From contig JAVZJD010000002.1 in the NCBI GenBank assembly GCA_038870975.1, positions 256,001 to 320,000 of the forward strand: DNA of 64,000 bases, written 5' to 3'. The stretch is from Candidatus Bathyarchaeia archaeon (GTDB lineage: Archaea > Thermoproteota > CALKCG01 > B24). Position numbers and translations under genes: made by a program. This document shows, one piece after another, positions 1-10,363 of this stretch; position 1 is the stretch's first letter, and each line of letters begins with the position of its first letter. Below the pieces are notes generated by a model, which made no database searches, had not been told where the DNA came from, and saw only the letters and a list, made by a program, of their open reading frames with translations.

Positions 1-443
1 AGAAGGTTCAGACGGAAGTTTTAAAGATATTGGGTAAGTTCAATGGGAAGACCATTCAGTACGCAGATTTCAAAGTGAGTTGTACATGTACAAGGGTTAA
101 CGTAAGAGATGGGCATACTGAAAGCGTCTTCCTCTCGTTAAAGGAGAAGACTACTGTTGAAGAATTTAAGAAGACTTTGAAGGAATTTAAAGGCTGCTCA
201 GATATGGGGTTGCCCTCTGCTCCTAAGAGAATGATAGTGATTCACGATGACCCATATAGACCTCAACCTAGACTTGATAGGAATTTGGAAAATGGAATGG
301 CTACAGTTGTTGGAAGAATTAGAGAAGACCCGGCTTTAGAAAATGGCATAAAGTACATTCTCCTGTCTCATAATACAAAAATGGGGGCTGCGAAGGGGGC
401 AGTCCTCTTAGCCGAGTTACTGTATAAGAGGGGATTTATATGA
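1..443 (+). CDS. asd: Aspartate-semialdehyde dehydrogenase, C-terminal part (5'-truncated by window)
   Basis: Frame open from position 3 (KVQTEVLKILG); motifs CTRVNVRDGHTE, RPQPRLDR, SHNTKMGAAKGAVL. Confidence 0.95.
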   Translation, partial: KVQTEVLKILGKFNGKTIQYADFKVSCTCTRVNVRDGHTESVFLSLKEKTTVEEFKKTLKEFKGCSDMGLPSAPKRMIVIHDDPYRPQPRLDRNLENGMATVVGRIREDPALENGIKYILLSHNTKMGAAKGAVLLAELLYKRGFI

Positions 444-463
444 CGATAACGGAGGTGAGTTAA

Positions 464-1249
464 ATGAATGGTAAAATTAGAAGATTGTCTAGAATTTTTA
501 GAAGCGATGAAAAAACTGTGATAATCCCAATGGATCATGGTGTGACACTTGGGCCTATTACCGGCATTGAAAACATTTCTAAGATAGTTGAAAAGCTTAG
601 AAAGGGAGGGGCTGATGCTATACTCGTCCATAAGGGATGGGCAAGGCTTATAGATACTAGAGGAATGTCGCTAATTCTCCATATATCGGCGAGTACAAGA
701 CTCGGACCTGACCCAGATTGGAAAGTAGTAGTGGCTTCTGTAGAGGAGGCGGTGGCTCTAGGTGCAGATGGAGTCTCTATACATGTAAACATTGGATGTG
801 AAAGAGAGCCTGAAATGCTTAGTTTACTGGGTGCAGTTTCCGAGTCCTGTGAAGATTGGGGTATGCCCCTCTTAGTCATGGCATATCCTAGAGGCCCGAA
901 GATAACAAATCAACACGATCCAGAGCTTGTATCGCATGCAGCTAGAGTAGCAGCTGAGTTGGGAGCAGACGTGGTTAAGACAAACTATACAGGTAGTGGT
1001 GAAAGCTTTAAGAAGGTTGTTGAAGGCTGTCCTGTTCCAGTTGTAATAGCAGGTGGGCCTAAAGTGAATTCGGATAGGGAGTTGCTTGAAATGATTAAAG
1101 CTTCCGTAAATTCTGGTGGAGCTGGCGTTTCCATAGGCAGAAACGTCTTTCAACATCGAAAACCGGAGCTTATAACTAAGGCAATAGTCGGTATTGTCCA
1201 CGATGGATTGAGTGTTGAAGATGCTTTGAAAATACTATGCGGCGGTTAG
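464..1249 (+). CDS. aroA': 2-amino-3,7-dideoxy-D-threo-hept-6-ulosonate synthase (DhnA-type class I aldolase, AroA')
   Basis: PMDHGVT, AELGADVVKTNY, AGGPK, GRNVFQ motifs; directly upstream of DHQ synthase II; SD GGAGGTGA. Confidence 0.9.
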   Translation: MNGKIRRLSRIFRSDEKTVIIPMDHGVTLGPITGIENISKIVEKLRKGGADAILVHKGWARLIDTRGMSLILHISASTRLGPDPDWKVVVASVEEAVALGADGVSIHVNIGCEREPEMLSLLGAVSESCEDWGMPLLVMAYPRGPKITNQHDPELVSHAARVAAELGADVVKTNYTGSGESFKKVVEGCPVPVVIAGGPKVNSDRELLEMIKASVNSGGAGVSIGRNVFQHRKPELITKAIVGIVHDGLSVEDALKILCGG

Positions 1250-1252
1250 AAC

Positions 1253-2296
1253 TTGAACAGGGAACTTTGGGTTAAGTTAAGGGAAGAAGGGAAGAACTTA
1301 AAAGAATTCGTAAATGAGGTTAAACCGTTTGTCGACTTTTTCTTAGTCTCTGATTGGAGACGGATATTTGAAGACAGGCCGTCTGATATTAAATTGGTTT
1401 CCAAGTCTGGAGGAGACTTAAGACTTGTAGACAGCTTAGATGAAGCCTCACCAGAAACATGTCTAGCAATAGAGGTATCTAGCGGAGAAGATGAAAGGAA
1501 GATAATCGAGGGGTCGGATAGAGGGTGTCGCTATGTAGTCGTGAAATGTCTAAACTGGAAGATAATACCTTTAGAGAATATAGTGGCTAAATTACATGGA
1601 AGGACGAAGATCATTGCCGAAGCTTCAAGTATAGAGGAGGCTGAAACTTTAATCAACATACTAGAGTTAGGAGTAGACGGTGTTCTGGTTGAAACTACAA
1701 ATTCAGAAGACGTTAAAAGGCTAAGGGAAATCTTGAATAAAGGGGCAAACCGGATAGAGTTAAAAAGTGTAAAAGTCGTTTCTATTAAACCAGTCAGACT
1801 TGGAGCAAGAGCGTGCTTAGATACATGCGACATTTTAAGTGAGGGAGAAGGTGTCCTCGTAGGATGTCAATCTTCAGGGCTTTTTCTAATAGAGGCAGAA
1901 GTTCATGGAAATCCATACGTAGAAGCCAGACCGTTCAGGGTTAATGCAGGTCCAACGGCACTATACATTCTGACCCCTGGAGGGAAGACTAGATATTTAT
2001 CTGAGCTTAAAGCTGGAGACACAGTTTTAGTCGTTAAGAGGGATGGGACTTTTAGAGAAGTTGAACTCTGCAGAGTTAAGATAGAGTGGAGACCTATGAA
2101 ACTAGTTGAAGCCCAATATGATAACAAGCTCTATAAGACCGTGGTACAAGATGCTGAAACCGTAAGATTTGTAACAAGCACTGGGTCTAAATCTATCACT
2201 GAACTTAAAATTGGTGATGAAGTCCTCCTTCACATTCAAGAAGGAGGAAGACATTTCGGAACACTTGTAAAATCTGAAAGAATTATTGAGAGATGA
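1253..2296 (+). CDS. aroB': 3-dehydroquinate synthase II (AroB')
   Basis: WKIIPLEN, RPFRVNAG, QDAETVR, GRHFG motifs; TTG start. Confidence 0.93.
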   Translation: MNRELWVKLREEGKNLKEFVNEVKPFVDFFLVSDWRRIFEDRPSDIKLVSKSGGDLRLVDSLDEASPETCLAIEVSSGEDERKIIEGSDRGCRYVVVKCLNWKIIPLENIVAKLHGRTKIIAEASSIEEAETLINILELGVDGVLVETTNSEDVKRLREILNKGANRIELKSVKVVSIKPVRLGARACLDTCDILSEGEGVLVGCQSSGLFLIEAEVHGNPYVEARPFRVNAGPTALYILTPGGKTRYLSELKAGDTVLVVKRDGTFREVELCRVKIEWRPMKLVEAQYDNKLYKTVVQDAETVRFVTSTGSKSITELKIGDEVLLHIQEGGRHFGTLVKSERIIER

Positions 2297-2297
2297 G

Positions 2298-3008
2298 ATG
2301 TCGAATTTGATTGAAAAATACAGGATATGCACACCTTTAAAGGCTCGAGATACACGTAGCGCTCTTAAAATGCTCGTAGAGGCCGAAGAGCTTATGGTCG
2401 ATTTCGTAGAAATCCGGATGGATTACATGAAAGAGTTAATTAATCTATCAGATGTTGTAGAATCAACTAAGATCCCGCTTATAGCAACACTAAGGCCAAG
2501 AAGGCAGGGAGGTGTTTTCGATGGTAAAGAGGAAGATAGAATTAACATGTTGAAAAAAGCAGTTGACGCTGGTTTTAGCTTCGTAGATTTAGAGCTGGAT
2601 ACCTACGGATTAGGTAAAATAGTTGAAGAATTTAAGAAGACAGGTGTAAAACTCATAATTTCTCACCATGACCTCGTCCGCACTCCAGCAATTTTAGAGC
2701 TCAAATGGCTTCTCTCGAGGGAATTAAGCTATGAGCCAGATGTCTGTAAAGTGATAACTCACGCTAACAGTTTACAGGACAATATTACCTGCTTATCATT
2801 CCTATCTGAATGCCGTAGGAGCTTGAAGCTCGTCTGCTTCGCCATGGGTAGATTGGGGTTGATATCTCGGGTTTTAAGTCCATTATACGGTGGATTCTTC
2901 ACTTTTGCCTCTCTGAGAAAGGGCCTAGAAACAGCTCCAGGTCAACCTACAGTTGAGGAGTTAAGGAAAATAGTGAAATCTATAGGGGCGGTAGATTTTG
3001 AAGATTGA
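2298..3008 (+). CDS. aroD: Type I 3-dehydroquinate dehydratase
   Basis: EIRMDY, IISHHD, FAMG, SRV, TAPGQ motifs; ATG 2298 preferred to TTG 2286. Confidence 0.92.
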   Translation: MSNLIEKYRICTPLKARDTRSALKMLVEAEELMVDFVEIRMDYMKELINLSDVVESTKIPLIATLRPRRQGGVFDGKEEDRINMLKKAVDAGFSFVDLELDTYGLGKIVEEFKKTGVKLIISHHDLVRTPAILELKWLLSRELSYEPDVCKVITHANSLQDNITCLSFLSECRRSLKLVCFAMGRLGLISRVLSPLYGGFFTFASLRKGLETAPGQPTVEELRKIVKSIGAVDFED

Positions 3009-3870
3009 CGGTAAAACAGGGCTTCTATGTCTCATAGGGGATCCTGTTGAACACTCTCTAAGCCCTTTAATTCACAATACTGGTTTAAGAGCCCTAGGTT
3101 TAAACTATGTCTACATGGCATTTAAAGTATCTAGAGATAAGCTCAGCCAAGTCGTGGAAGCTTTTAAGGCCATACATGTTAAGGGTTTTAACGTAACGAT
3201 GCCTTTGAAGAGAGACATACTGCACTATTTGGATGAAGTAGACTCTAAAGCATTGAAAATAGGAGCTGTTAATACTGTTTTGAACGAGTCTGGGAAGTTT
3301 GTTGGATTTAACACTGATAGTATAGGAGCTGTTAAAGCTTTGGAGAAAAATGGAGTTAGAATCGATGGTAGTTACATAGTTCTACTTGGAGCGGGTGGTA
3401 CAGGTAGAGCAATAGCGTATGCTTTAATGGAGAGAGAGTGCAACATAGTCATCCTTAATAGAACAATTGAAAAATCTAAGATGTTGGCAATGGAAGTTTC
3501 AAATGGATCTGCTAGAGTTGAATGGGGGCCTTTAACAGAAAATTCTTTAAAAGCTCATCTTTTAAAAGCAGACGTCATTATAAACTCTACGTCCGTCGGA
3601 ATGAAGCCTATGGATAATGAAACACTTATTCCAAAAAACATGTTAAGAAACGGACTTACGGTTTTCGACGTCGTCTACGATCCCCTCGAAACAAGACTTC
3701 TAAGAGAGGCTAGAGAAGTAGGTGCTCAAACGATAGACGGGTTGGAAATGCTCTTGAATCAAGGTTTAGAGTCCTTCAAAATATGGTTTGGAATGTACCC
3801 TCCGATCGACCCGATTAAGAATGTTCTGGATGAGGTTAGAAGGGGATATTTTGAGCGAGGGCAAGGCTAA
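2998..3870 (+). CDS. aroE: Shikimate dehydrogenase
   Basis: HSLSPLIHN, NVTMPLK, GAVNT, NTD, GAGG, DGLEML motifs. Confidence 0.95.
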   Translation: MKIDGKTGLLCLIGDPVEHSLSPLIHNTGLRALGLNYVYMAFKVSRDKLSQVVEAFKAIHVKGFNVTMPLKRDILHYLDEVDSKALKIGAVNTVLNESGKFVGFNTDSIGAVKALEKNGVRIDGSYIVLLGAGGTGRAIAYALMERECNIVILNRTIEKSKMLAMEVSNGSARVEWGPLTENSLKAHLLKADVIINSTSVGMKPMDNETLIPKNMLRNGLTVFDVVYDPLETRLLREAREVGAQTIDGLEMLLNQGLESFKIWFGMYPPIDPIKNVLDEVRRGYFERGQG

Positions 3871-4720
3871 AGCTTATGGTGCTATTACAGTTGTCAATGC
3901 ATTGGCTACGGGTAGAGGCTCAGCTTTAGGCATAGGACTTTGGACTGAGGCGACGGTTAAACTTACGGATAAACCAGGGGTCATAGATGGAATCATATTA
4001 TCGGATCCCGGAGAGGATAAAACACTCATGAAAAAATGCGCTTTAAAAGTTTTAAAGAGGTTTAACGTTGACCATGTCTACGGAGCTCATGTTGAAACAA
4101 GGTCGAATATACCGATAGCTAGGGGGTTGAAAAGCAGCAGTGTAGCTTCTATTGCCATAGTCTTAGCGATTCTTAATGCTCTAAATGAAAAATTACCCGA
4201 TGAAGAAGTGCTTAAATTAAGCGTTGAAGCCAGTATCGAAGCAGGTGTTACGGTTACAGGAGCATTAGATGATGCATCAGCCTCGTACCTGGGAGGAGTA
4301 GTAGTTACAGATAATAGGGCTTTAAAGATGTTGAAATGGTTTAAAATCGACGAAGACATAAAAGTTCTAATACACGTTCCAAAATTCAAAAGATACACGA
4401 CTAAAGTAGACATATCTAGGCTTAAACTAATGGCTGAAGAATTGGACGTGGCTTTTAAGGAAGTCATGGATGAAAGGTGGAGAACCGCGATGGTATTAAA
4501 CGGCTTAATATGTTGTTCAGCTCTAGGCTATAGTTTTGAACCGATTTTAAGTGCTTTAGAGGCTGGTGCATTAGCCTCTGGATTGTCGGGCAAAGGTCCA
4601 GCTATCGTTGCATTAGCTTATCAAGACTCCATAGATGCTATAAGGAGTGTTTGGAGCAAATTGGATGGTGAATTGATAGAAACATCCGTCAACAATAGGA
4701 AGGCTCAAATGTTGAGGTGA
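3851..4720 (+). CDS. aroK: Archaeal (GHMP-type) shikimate kinase
   Basis: GAITVVNA, PIARGLKSSS, TGALDDA, GLSGKGP; TTG 3851 preferred to 3788. Confidence 0.92.
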   Translation: MSEGKAKAYGAITVVNALATGRGSALGIGLWTEATVKLTDKPGVIDGIILSDPGEDKTLMKKCALKVLKRFNVDHVYGAHVETRSNIPIARGLKSSSVASIAIVLAILNALNEKLPDEEVLKLSVEASIEAGVTVTGALDDASASYLGGVVVTDNRALKMLKWFKIDEDIKVLIHVPKFKRYTTKVDISRLKLMAEELDVAFKEVMDERWRTAMVLNGLICCSALGYSFEPILSALEAGALASGLSGKGPAIVALAYQDSIDAIRSVWSKLDGELIETSVNNRKAQMLR

Positions 4721-4726
4721 AGGCCA

Positions 4727-6019
4727 CTGATAGCAGTTGTAAGAAAAAGTTCTGTCGAAGGCGTTGTAAATGCTCCGCCGTCGAAATCTCAAACGCATAG
4801 GTTTTATATCGCAGCTATGCTATCTCCTGGGGAGAGTATTGTCGAACAACCCTCCATATGTTTGGACACAAAGGCTACTTTAAATGCCATTAGGCTTATG
4901 GGATGCACGGTTTCAGTAGGAAAATCCGTTGTAAGAATACTAAGCGATGGTACACCTAAACCTCCTAAAGACATCGTAAACTGCCACGGCTCAGGAACAA
5001 CCTTGAGAATTCTTACAGCAGTATCTTCCATAGCACCTGGAATAACCGTTCTAACTGGTAATAAGTCTCTGAAGAGGAGGCCGATGCTTCCTCTACTTAA
5101 TGCTCTTGACATGTTAGGTGTAAAATGCTACTCTGCTACCGGAGGAAGACCACCCATAATTATTATAGGTGGAACTATTAGAGCTGGTTGCGTAGAAATC
5201 GGCGGCGATTTAAGTTCCCAATACATATCGGGCTTATTGTTTACACTTGCTAAAGTCGACGGAAAATCTACCATCAGATTAACGACTCCGCTTGTGTCAA
5301 AACCTTACGTTGATATGACTATTGAAGTATTACGTATGTGTGGTGTCGATGTCTATGTTTCCGAAGATTATAGACTTTTTGAGCTAAACGGCCCCTCTAT
5401 TTTTAAACCATTTAGAAGCACGATCGAAGGAGATTACTCATCGGCTGCCGCTTTCATTGTAGCAGCTACTATCTCTGGTGGAAGGGTGAGAATAAACAAC
5501 CTTAGAATGGATAGTCTTCAGGCGGATAAAGTCATATTAGATGTTGTAAAATCAGTTGGATGCCGTGTGGAAAGTGGGGAGAAGTACGTGACTATTGAAG
5601 GCGCCTCAGATGGTTTAGAGCCTTTTGAATTCGATGCCGCAAATAGCCCAGACTTGGTGCCTCTACTTGCGGTTTTAGCATCGTCATGTAAAGGCGTATC
5701 GGTGATTAAAAGCATTTCAAGACTGAGGTTTAAAGAATCTGATAGAGTTTCAGCTTTGACTTCCCAACTATCTAAAATGGGTGTGAAGATTGAGATACAT
5801 GAAGACCATTTGAAGGTCTACGGCTCCCAGAAAATTAAAGGTGCTGTCATAAATCCATATGGTGATCATAGAATAGCAATGGCCTGTGCAGTAATGGCTT
5901 TGAAAGCAGAGGGAGAAACTGTTATAAAAGACGCGCTATGTGTGAAAAAATCCTACCCCGATTTTTTCACAGAATTGGCTAAAATCGGAGCGCGGCTAGA
6001 GCTAAGGAAAAGTCTATGA
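4727..6019 (+). CDS. aroA: EPSP synthase (probable CTG start)
   Basis: Conserved APPSKSQTHR lies upstream of the ATG at 4817; SSQY, LRFKESDR, DHRIAM, KSYPDF motifs; CTG 4727 follows SD GAGGTGA. Confidence 0.93.
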   Translation: MIAVVRKSSVEGVVNAPPSKSQTHRFYIAAMLSPGESIVEQPSICLDTKATLNAIRLMGCTVSVGKSVVRILSDGTPKPPKDIVNCHGSGTTLRILTAVSSIAPGITVLTGNKSLKRRPMLPLLNALDMLGVKCYSATGGRPPIIIIGGTIRAGCVEIGGDLSSQYISGLLFTLAKVDGKSTIRLTTPLVSKPYVDMTIEVLRMCGVDVYVSEDYRLFELNGPSIFKPFRSTIEGDYSSAAAFIVAATISGGRVRINNLRMDSLQADKVILDVVKSVGCRVESGEKYVTIEGASDGLEPFEFDAANSPDLVPLLAVLASSCKGVSVIKSISRLRFKESDRVSALTSQLSKMGVKIEIHEDHLKVYGSQKIKGAVINPYGDHRIAMACAVMALKAEGETVIKDALCVKKSYPDFFTELAKIGARLELRKSL

Positions 6020-6036
6020 AGGTCGTAGGTCGATTA

Positions 6037-6789
6037 TTAACTTGCTGAAGCTATTATGGAAATGGGGTCTTTTCCAACACCTTTAAGCGTAGATACAAAG
6101 GCCTTCAGTAGAGAATTTAGAACGGTAGCTGGATATGGGGAGAGGTCTATTTTAGACCAGTTTACATATAGCTTGGCTGGAGGGTTTTCGATAACACATT
6201 TCCCGAACTCAGCTTCACCTCTGATTAATCTCTCAGCGTATTCGCTACATGTGATGCAGCCGCATCTTCTACAATTCAATTTGGGAAAATTTAATGCATA
6301 TTCTTCAACGATTAATTGAAAGATCTCATTCATGAGGTTCCCACTATCCATACTAGAGAAACGGGCGTGTGGGTAGAGTTTAGAGGCCGCGTTTTTAACG
6401 GCTTCATGTCCAACAACCATTTTCACAAGGGATTTATCTAAATCTATGTTGAGATGCTCTTCTTTTAGAGCTACTAAAATCTTAGGATATGGAGAACTTT
6501 TAAACCCTTCGTAAAGGATTATATGTGGATTTAAGATGTCAAGAAGTGCTTCTAGATTAGAAGACGATTTGAACATTAGAACATTATCATATGGTGATTG
6601 GTAGACTACCGCTAGAGGCTCTGAGTTTAAAATTCTAGCTGTATTTTTCACGGTTAAGTCCAGCCTTTCATGAGAGTGTTTGACGACGATCACTCTAAGT
6701 TTTCTCGAGGATAACATTCTAACTATGGAAGATAACAGTCTGGTTTTACCTGTTTTCTTAAAGCCTACTATACATATTTTTAAAGCCAT
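6037..6789 (-). CDS. mobB: MobB-like P-loop protein with C-terminal Fe-S (CxxCxxxxC) domain
   Basis: GFKKTGKT P-loop, VKHSH, EGFK, NCRRCGCITC. Confidence 0.8.
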   Translation of the reverse strand: MALKICIVGFKKTGKTRLLSSIVRMLSSRKLRVIVVKHSHERLDLTVKNTARILNSEPLAVVYQSPYDNVLMFKSSSNLEALLDILNPHIILYEGFKSSPYPKILVALKEEHLNIDLDKSLVKMVVGHEAVKNAASKLYPHARFSSMDSGNLMNEIFQLIVEEYALNFPKLNCRRCGCITCSEYAERLIRGEAEFGKCVIENPPAKLYVNWSKIDLSPYPATVLNSLLKAFVSTLKGVGKDPISIIASAS

Positions 6790-6818
6790 TGTAGATCCAA
6801 GGTGATTAAATAGAAAGC

Positions 6819-7457
6819 TTAACCAGTAGACTCCTCGACTTTAGCTTCAAAGTCTTCAGGCTTAAGTGGAGGCTCTCCGTCTTTGGGAATTGCTCCTTTA
6901 GCCTTTAGGAATTCTCTAGCCAATAGCCAGAAGACCATTGCTAAAGCTTTTCTACCTTTATTATTCACTGGTATGGCTAAATCAATGTTTTTAAGCAGGT
7001 TGTCACTGTCACATAATGCTACAACTGGGATTCCAATCATCGATGCTTCTCTGACGGCTTGCTCGTCCGCATTCGGATCTGAAACTAGTAAAACCTCAGG
7101 CTCCATATAGTATTTTAAAGATGGGTTTGTGAAGATGCCCGGTAGAAATCTTCCAACAAGAGGGGTTGCATGTGTAAGCTCACAAAACTTTAGGATAGGC
7201 ATTCTAGCGTACAGTTTTGTCGAGGCAACGACTATCTTCTCAGGGGGTTCAAATCTAGCGAGAAAGTTAGCCGCCAGTTTGATTCTTTCACACGCTTTGG
7301 CGATGTCTAGAACGCATAATCCGTCTGGTCTGATTTTGAAAATGAAAGGCTTCATGTGTCCAGTTTTAATTCTAGTCCCTATTTGAATTCCATATGGCAG
7401 TAATGTTTCAAGGGGTAGTAGAAGGTCTTCTTTTGATTCATATTCGTCAGACATCAC
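6819..7457 (-). CDS. rps2: 30S ribosomal protein S2 (uS2)
   Basis: GRFLPGIFTNP, IPVNNKGRKAL. Confidence 0.97.
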   Translation of the reverse strand: MMSDEYESKEDLLLPLETLLPYGIQIGTRIKTGHMKPFIFKIRPDGLCVLDIAKACERIKLAANFLARFEPPEKIVVASTKLYARMPILKFCELTHATPLVGRFLPGIFTNPSLKYYMEPEVLLVSDPNADEQAVREASMIGIPVVALCDSDNLLKNIDLAIPVNNKGRKALAMVFWLLAREFLKAKGAIPKDGEPPLKPEDFEAKVEESTG

Positions 7458-8710
7458 TTTACACCAATCCCGTGCATGGACGCTTGACTTCCCATATGCT
7501 CTTCAATTCTTAGAAATTCGTTTATTTTAGCTATTCTCTCTCCACCTAATACGCCTATCTTAACTATGGGGCAATTGAAGGCTACCGCCAGATGGGCTAA
7601 ATGTCCATCTACAGTTTCACCAGATCTATGTGAGAAAACCGCCACATATCCATTTTTCTGCGCTAACTTTGTAGCTTCATACGCATCTGTTATTGTACCT
7701 ATCTGATTAGGCTTTATTATAACCGCGTTTCCCGCAGAGGTTTCTATACCTTTTCTAAGCCTTTCCACGTTTGTAACGAAGATATCATCTCCGCAAATCA
7801 TACATCGATCTCCAGCCTTCTTAGTGAGCTCCTTAAAACCTTCAAAATCTTCCTCATGCAGAGGGTCTTCAACGTAAATCAGCTTATACCTATCTATACA
7901 ATCAAGGATGTATTCCATTTGCTCACCCTTGTCAAGAGGCTTACCATACTTATACATATACTTACCTTTTTCTTCATCCCAGAATGAGGACGCCGCAACG
8001 TCAACGCCAAATCTTATCTCAAACCCGAGTTTTTCCGATGCACGTTTAACAGATTCTGCTATGACTTCAAATGCCTCGTTGTTGCTCATCTTAGGTGCCC
8101 AAGCGCCTTCATCACCTCTTCCTCCAAAGAACGGAATATTTCTCTCTTCTAGAACCCTCCGCAGAGTTCTATGGACTTCACGATTGCCGATGTACGCTTC
8201 TGCAAATTTCTTAGCTCCCACTGAAAGTATAAGGTATTCCTGGATATCTGGGCATTCTCCACCAGCATGTTTCCCCCCACCCAATACATTCCCCAATGGA
8301 TATGGAAGGCTTTTAATCATTGTACCGCCTAAATGCCTATACAGCGGTATTCCAAGGCTTTTTGAAGCTGCATCAGCCACCGCTAAAGATATAGCATATG
8401 CCGTATTCCCACCTATTTTTGAGAAGTTGTGTGTTCCATCTATCTCTCTCAAAGCCTTATCGACATTCACTTGGTCTGCTGAGTCGAATCCTATTAGTCT
8501 TGGTTTGACTGTAACGAGCACTCTTTTTACAGCTTCCTCCACTCCTCCCTCGGGGTATGATACTGCCTCCCATTTACCCTTACTCGCTCCTGCTGGTGCC
8601 GATGCTCTACCCAATGCTTTACGAGTATAAACTTCAACTTCTATTGTTTCCGATCCTCTACTGTCGAAAATCCTCCTTGCCCTCAAATCCACAATACATG
8701 TTTCACTCAA
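7454..8710 (-). CDS. eno: Enolase
   Basis: DSRG, GGKHA, VEDP, IKPNQIG, SHRSGET. Confidence 0.97.
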   Translation of the reverse strand: MSETCIVDLRARRIFDSRGSETIEVEVYTRKALGRASAPAGASKGKWEAVSYPEGGVEEAVKRVLVTVKPRLIGFDSADQVNVDKALREIDGTHNFSKIGGNTAYAISLAVADAASKSLGIPLYRHLGGTMIKSLPYPLGNVLGGGKHAGGECPDIQEYLILSVGAKKFAEAYIGNREVHRTLRRVLEERNIPFFGGRGDEGAWAPKMSNNEAFEVIAESVKRASEKLGFEIRFGVDVAASSFWDEEKGKYMYKYGKPLDKGEQMEYILDCIDRYKLIYVEDPLHEEDFEGFKELTKKAGDRCMICGDDIFVTNVERLRKGIETSAGNAVIIKPNQIGTITDAYEATKLAQKNGYVAVFSHRSGETVDGHLAHLAVAFNCPIVKIGVLGGERIAKINEFLRIEEHMGSQASMHGIGVK

Positions 8711-8925
8711 AGCTTACCACCCCTCCTAATCATGAAGTATTGGAGGACATCATCAATAACCTCGACGTGAGATATGAGCATGGACCTACAGCAATACCTC
8801 TTAATACCTAAATCGTCTAAAACTTTGCCTGGGTCCTCGCCAGCATTAACTCTACGTTTAAACTCTTCCCACTTATCACCTATAATCGACCCGCAGGTGA
8901 AGCATCTAACTGGAACAATCCCCAT
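8707..8925 (-). CDS. rpoN: RNA polymerase subunit N (Rpo10)
   Basis: [10 protein letters not shown]...RYCCR; ATG 8925. Confidence 0.97.
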   Translation of the reverse strand: MGIVPVRCFTCGSIIGDKWEEFKRRVNAGEDPGKVLDDLGIKRYCCRSMLISHVEVIDDVLQYFMIRRGGKL

Positions 8926-8983
8926 GAAACATCCCTTAAATCTCCAGATGAACCTGCTATTTAAATTTGACTTCAATTTGACA

Positions 8984-9752
8984 CTACTCTACTTTAAAGT
9001 TCCTCCTGAGATATTCTAAGGAGGATCTAGCGCTTTCAATAGAATCCATAGTTGGTATATCTGTCTCAACGACATACCATTCTACACCCGAGGATTCGCA
9101 TACCTCGACTACAGCTTTAAAGTCTATTATACCACGACCAAGTTCGATGAATCCTCTACTAACCTTATCCTTCATATCTTTAAGATGGATTAGAAAACAC
9201 CTGTTTTTAAGGGCTTTTATGACTTCGCAAGGGTCGTATCCCGCGTAGTAGATCCAGTAGACATCTGGTTGGAAGAAAACGTATGATGGGTCTGTGTTTT
9301 TAACAAGTATCTCATATATAGGAGCCCCCTTTGATCTTCTTCTCAAATTCTATAGCATGGTTATGCATACCAAATTTTAAACCGTAGCTTTCCGCATCTT
9401 TACCTATGGAGTTCATCTTCTTTGTAACTTCAATGCATGTGTTTAAATCGTCAATACGTCTTACATCGGGCTCTGAAACTAAGTATTTAAGTCCCAGTCT
9501 GCATGCATATTTGAAAACGACATCCCTTCTATCGGATTCTAGAATGTCGAAGCTGACGTGGGCTGAAACAGGTTTGAGACCGAGTTGGTCAAGTAGCTCT
9601 CTAAGCTCACCAACTTCTACTGTGGAAAACGGATGACCTGCAAACTCAACAGCTTTATACCCAGATTCTCTAACCATGCGGAGGGCAGTCTTATAATCCT
9701 TAGCAACCTTATCTCTTACAGTATAAAGTTGAAGCGCAACTTTCATATTCAA
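8984..9752 (-). pseudogene. Sugar phosphate isomerase/epimerase (xylose-isomerase-like TIM barrel), frameshifted
   Basis: 5' half (ALQLYTVR, VEFAG, HNHAIEF) and 3' half (QPDVYW, IHLKD, VVETD) join if one G is removed from the G5 run at 9325-9329. Confidence 0.85.
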
Positions 9753-10363
9753 ACCGAACTTTTATATTGGTAGCTCTTTAAAAAGCATTATCCCACTAAA
9801 ACTTCCGTCAATTAAGCCGCAATCAATAAACCGACATGTCACCGAATTGATACAGGGGGGAAGTTGCTGAAGTCTAATCGAAAAGTGAATGCTATAAAAA
9901 CTACGTTTGAGGATTACTGTGGAGAGTTAAGGTTTCGTAGTCTTGTAGCTAGCTATTTCAAGTGGTTGACTGGCACTCTTAGTATACATCCGAGGGCAGA
10001 ACATGAAACGGCAGGGCTTCCTTAAAGAGGTGCTAAAGTAGAAAAATGGTAAACGTATTTTGCTGGATTAAAGTTGACCATGTATAGAAATTTGAAAGCA
10101 GTTTACATTTATATATTGTTTTTCGGCTTACGATAGGTATTCTAACTTGATTTCGTCCCGTGAAACCCCCTCCTTCCTAGAATTTAGCCTATCTACCTTC
10201 AAATAAATCCCTATACTACATTCCACTTCATCTATTTGTAGAAACAACACATAAACGGTAGGCAATTATCTGTATGAAAAACCTAGTCGTACAGAGCTTA
10301 AACCGTTAATGTTAGAGAGGATTTATGGAGATACTTTGCCTTCAAATCTAACCTACAGTAAGT

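Noticed and set aside
7908-8630. Long antisense ORFs (this one, 11102-11644, 43365-43880, 53789-54214 and others)
   Set aside because: Shadows of well-supported genes on the opposite strand
9300-9350. BHB intron explaining the isomerase frameshift
   Set aside because: No BHB pairing; a 1-nt correction already gives a plausible protein
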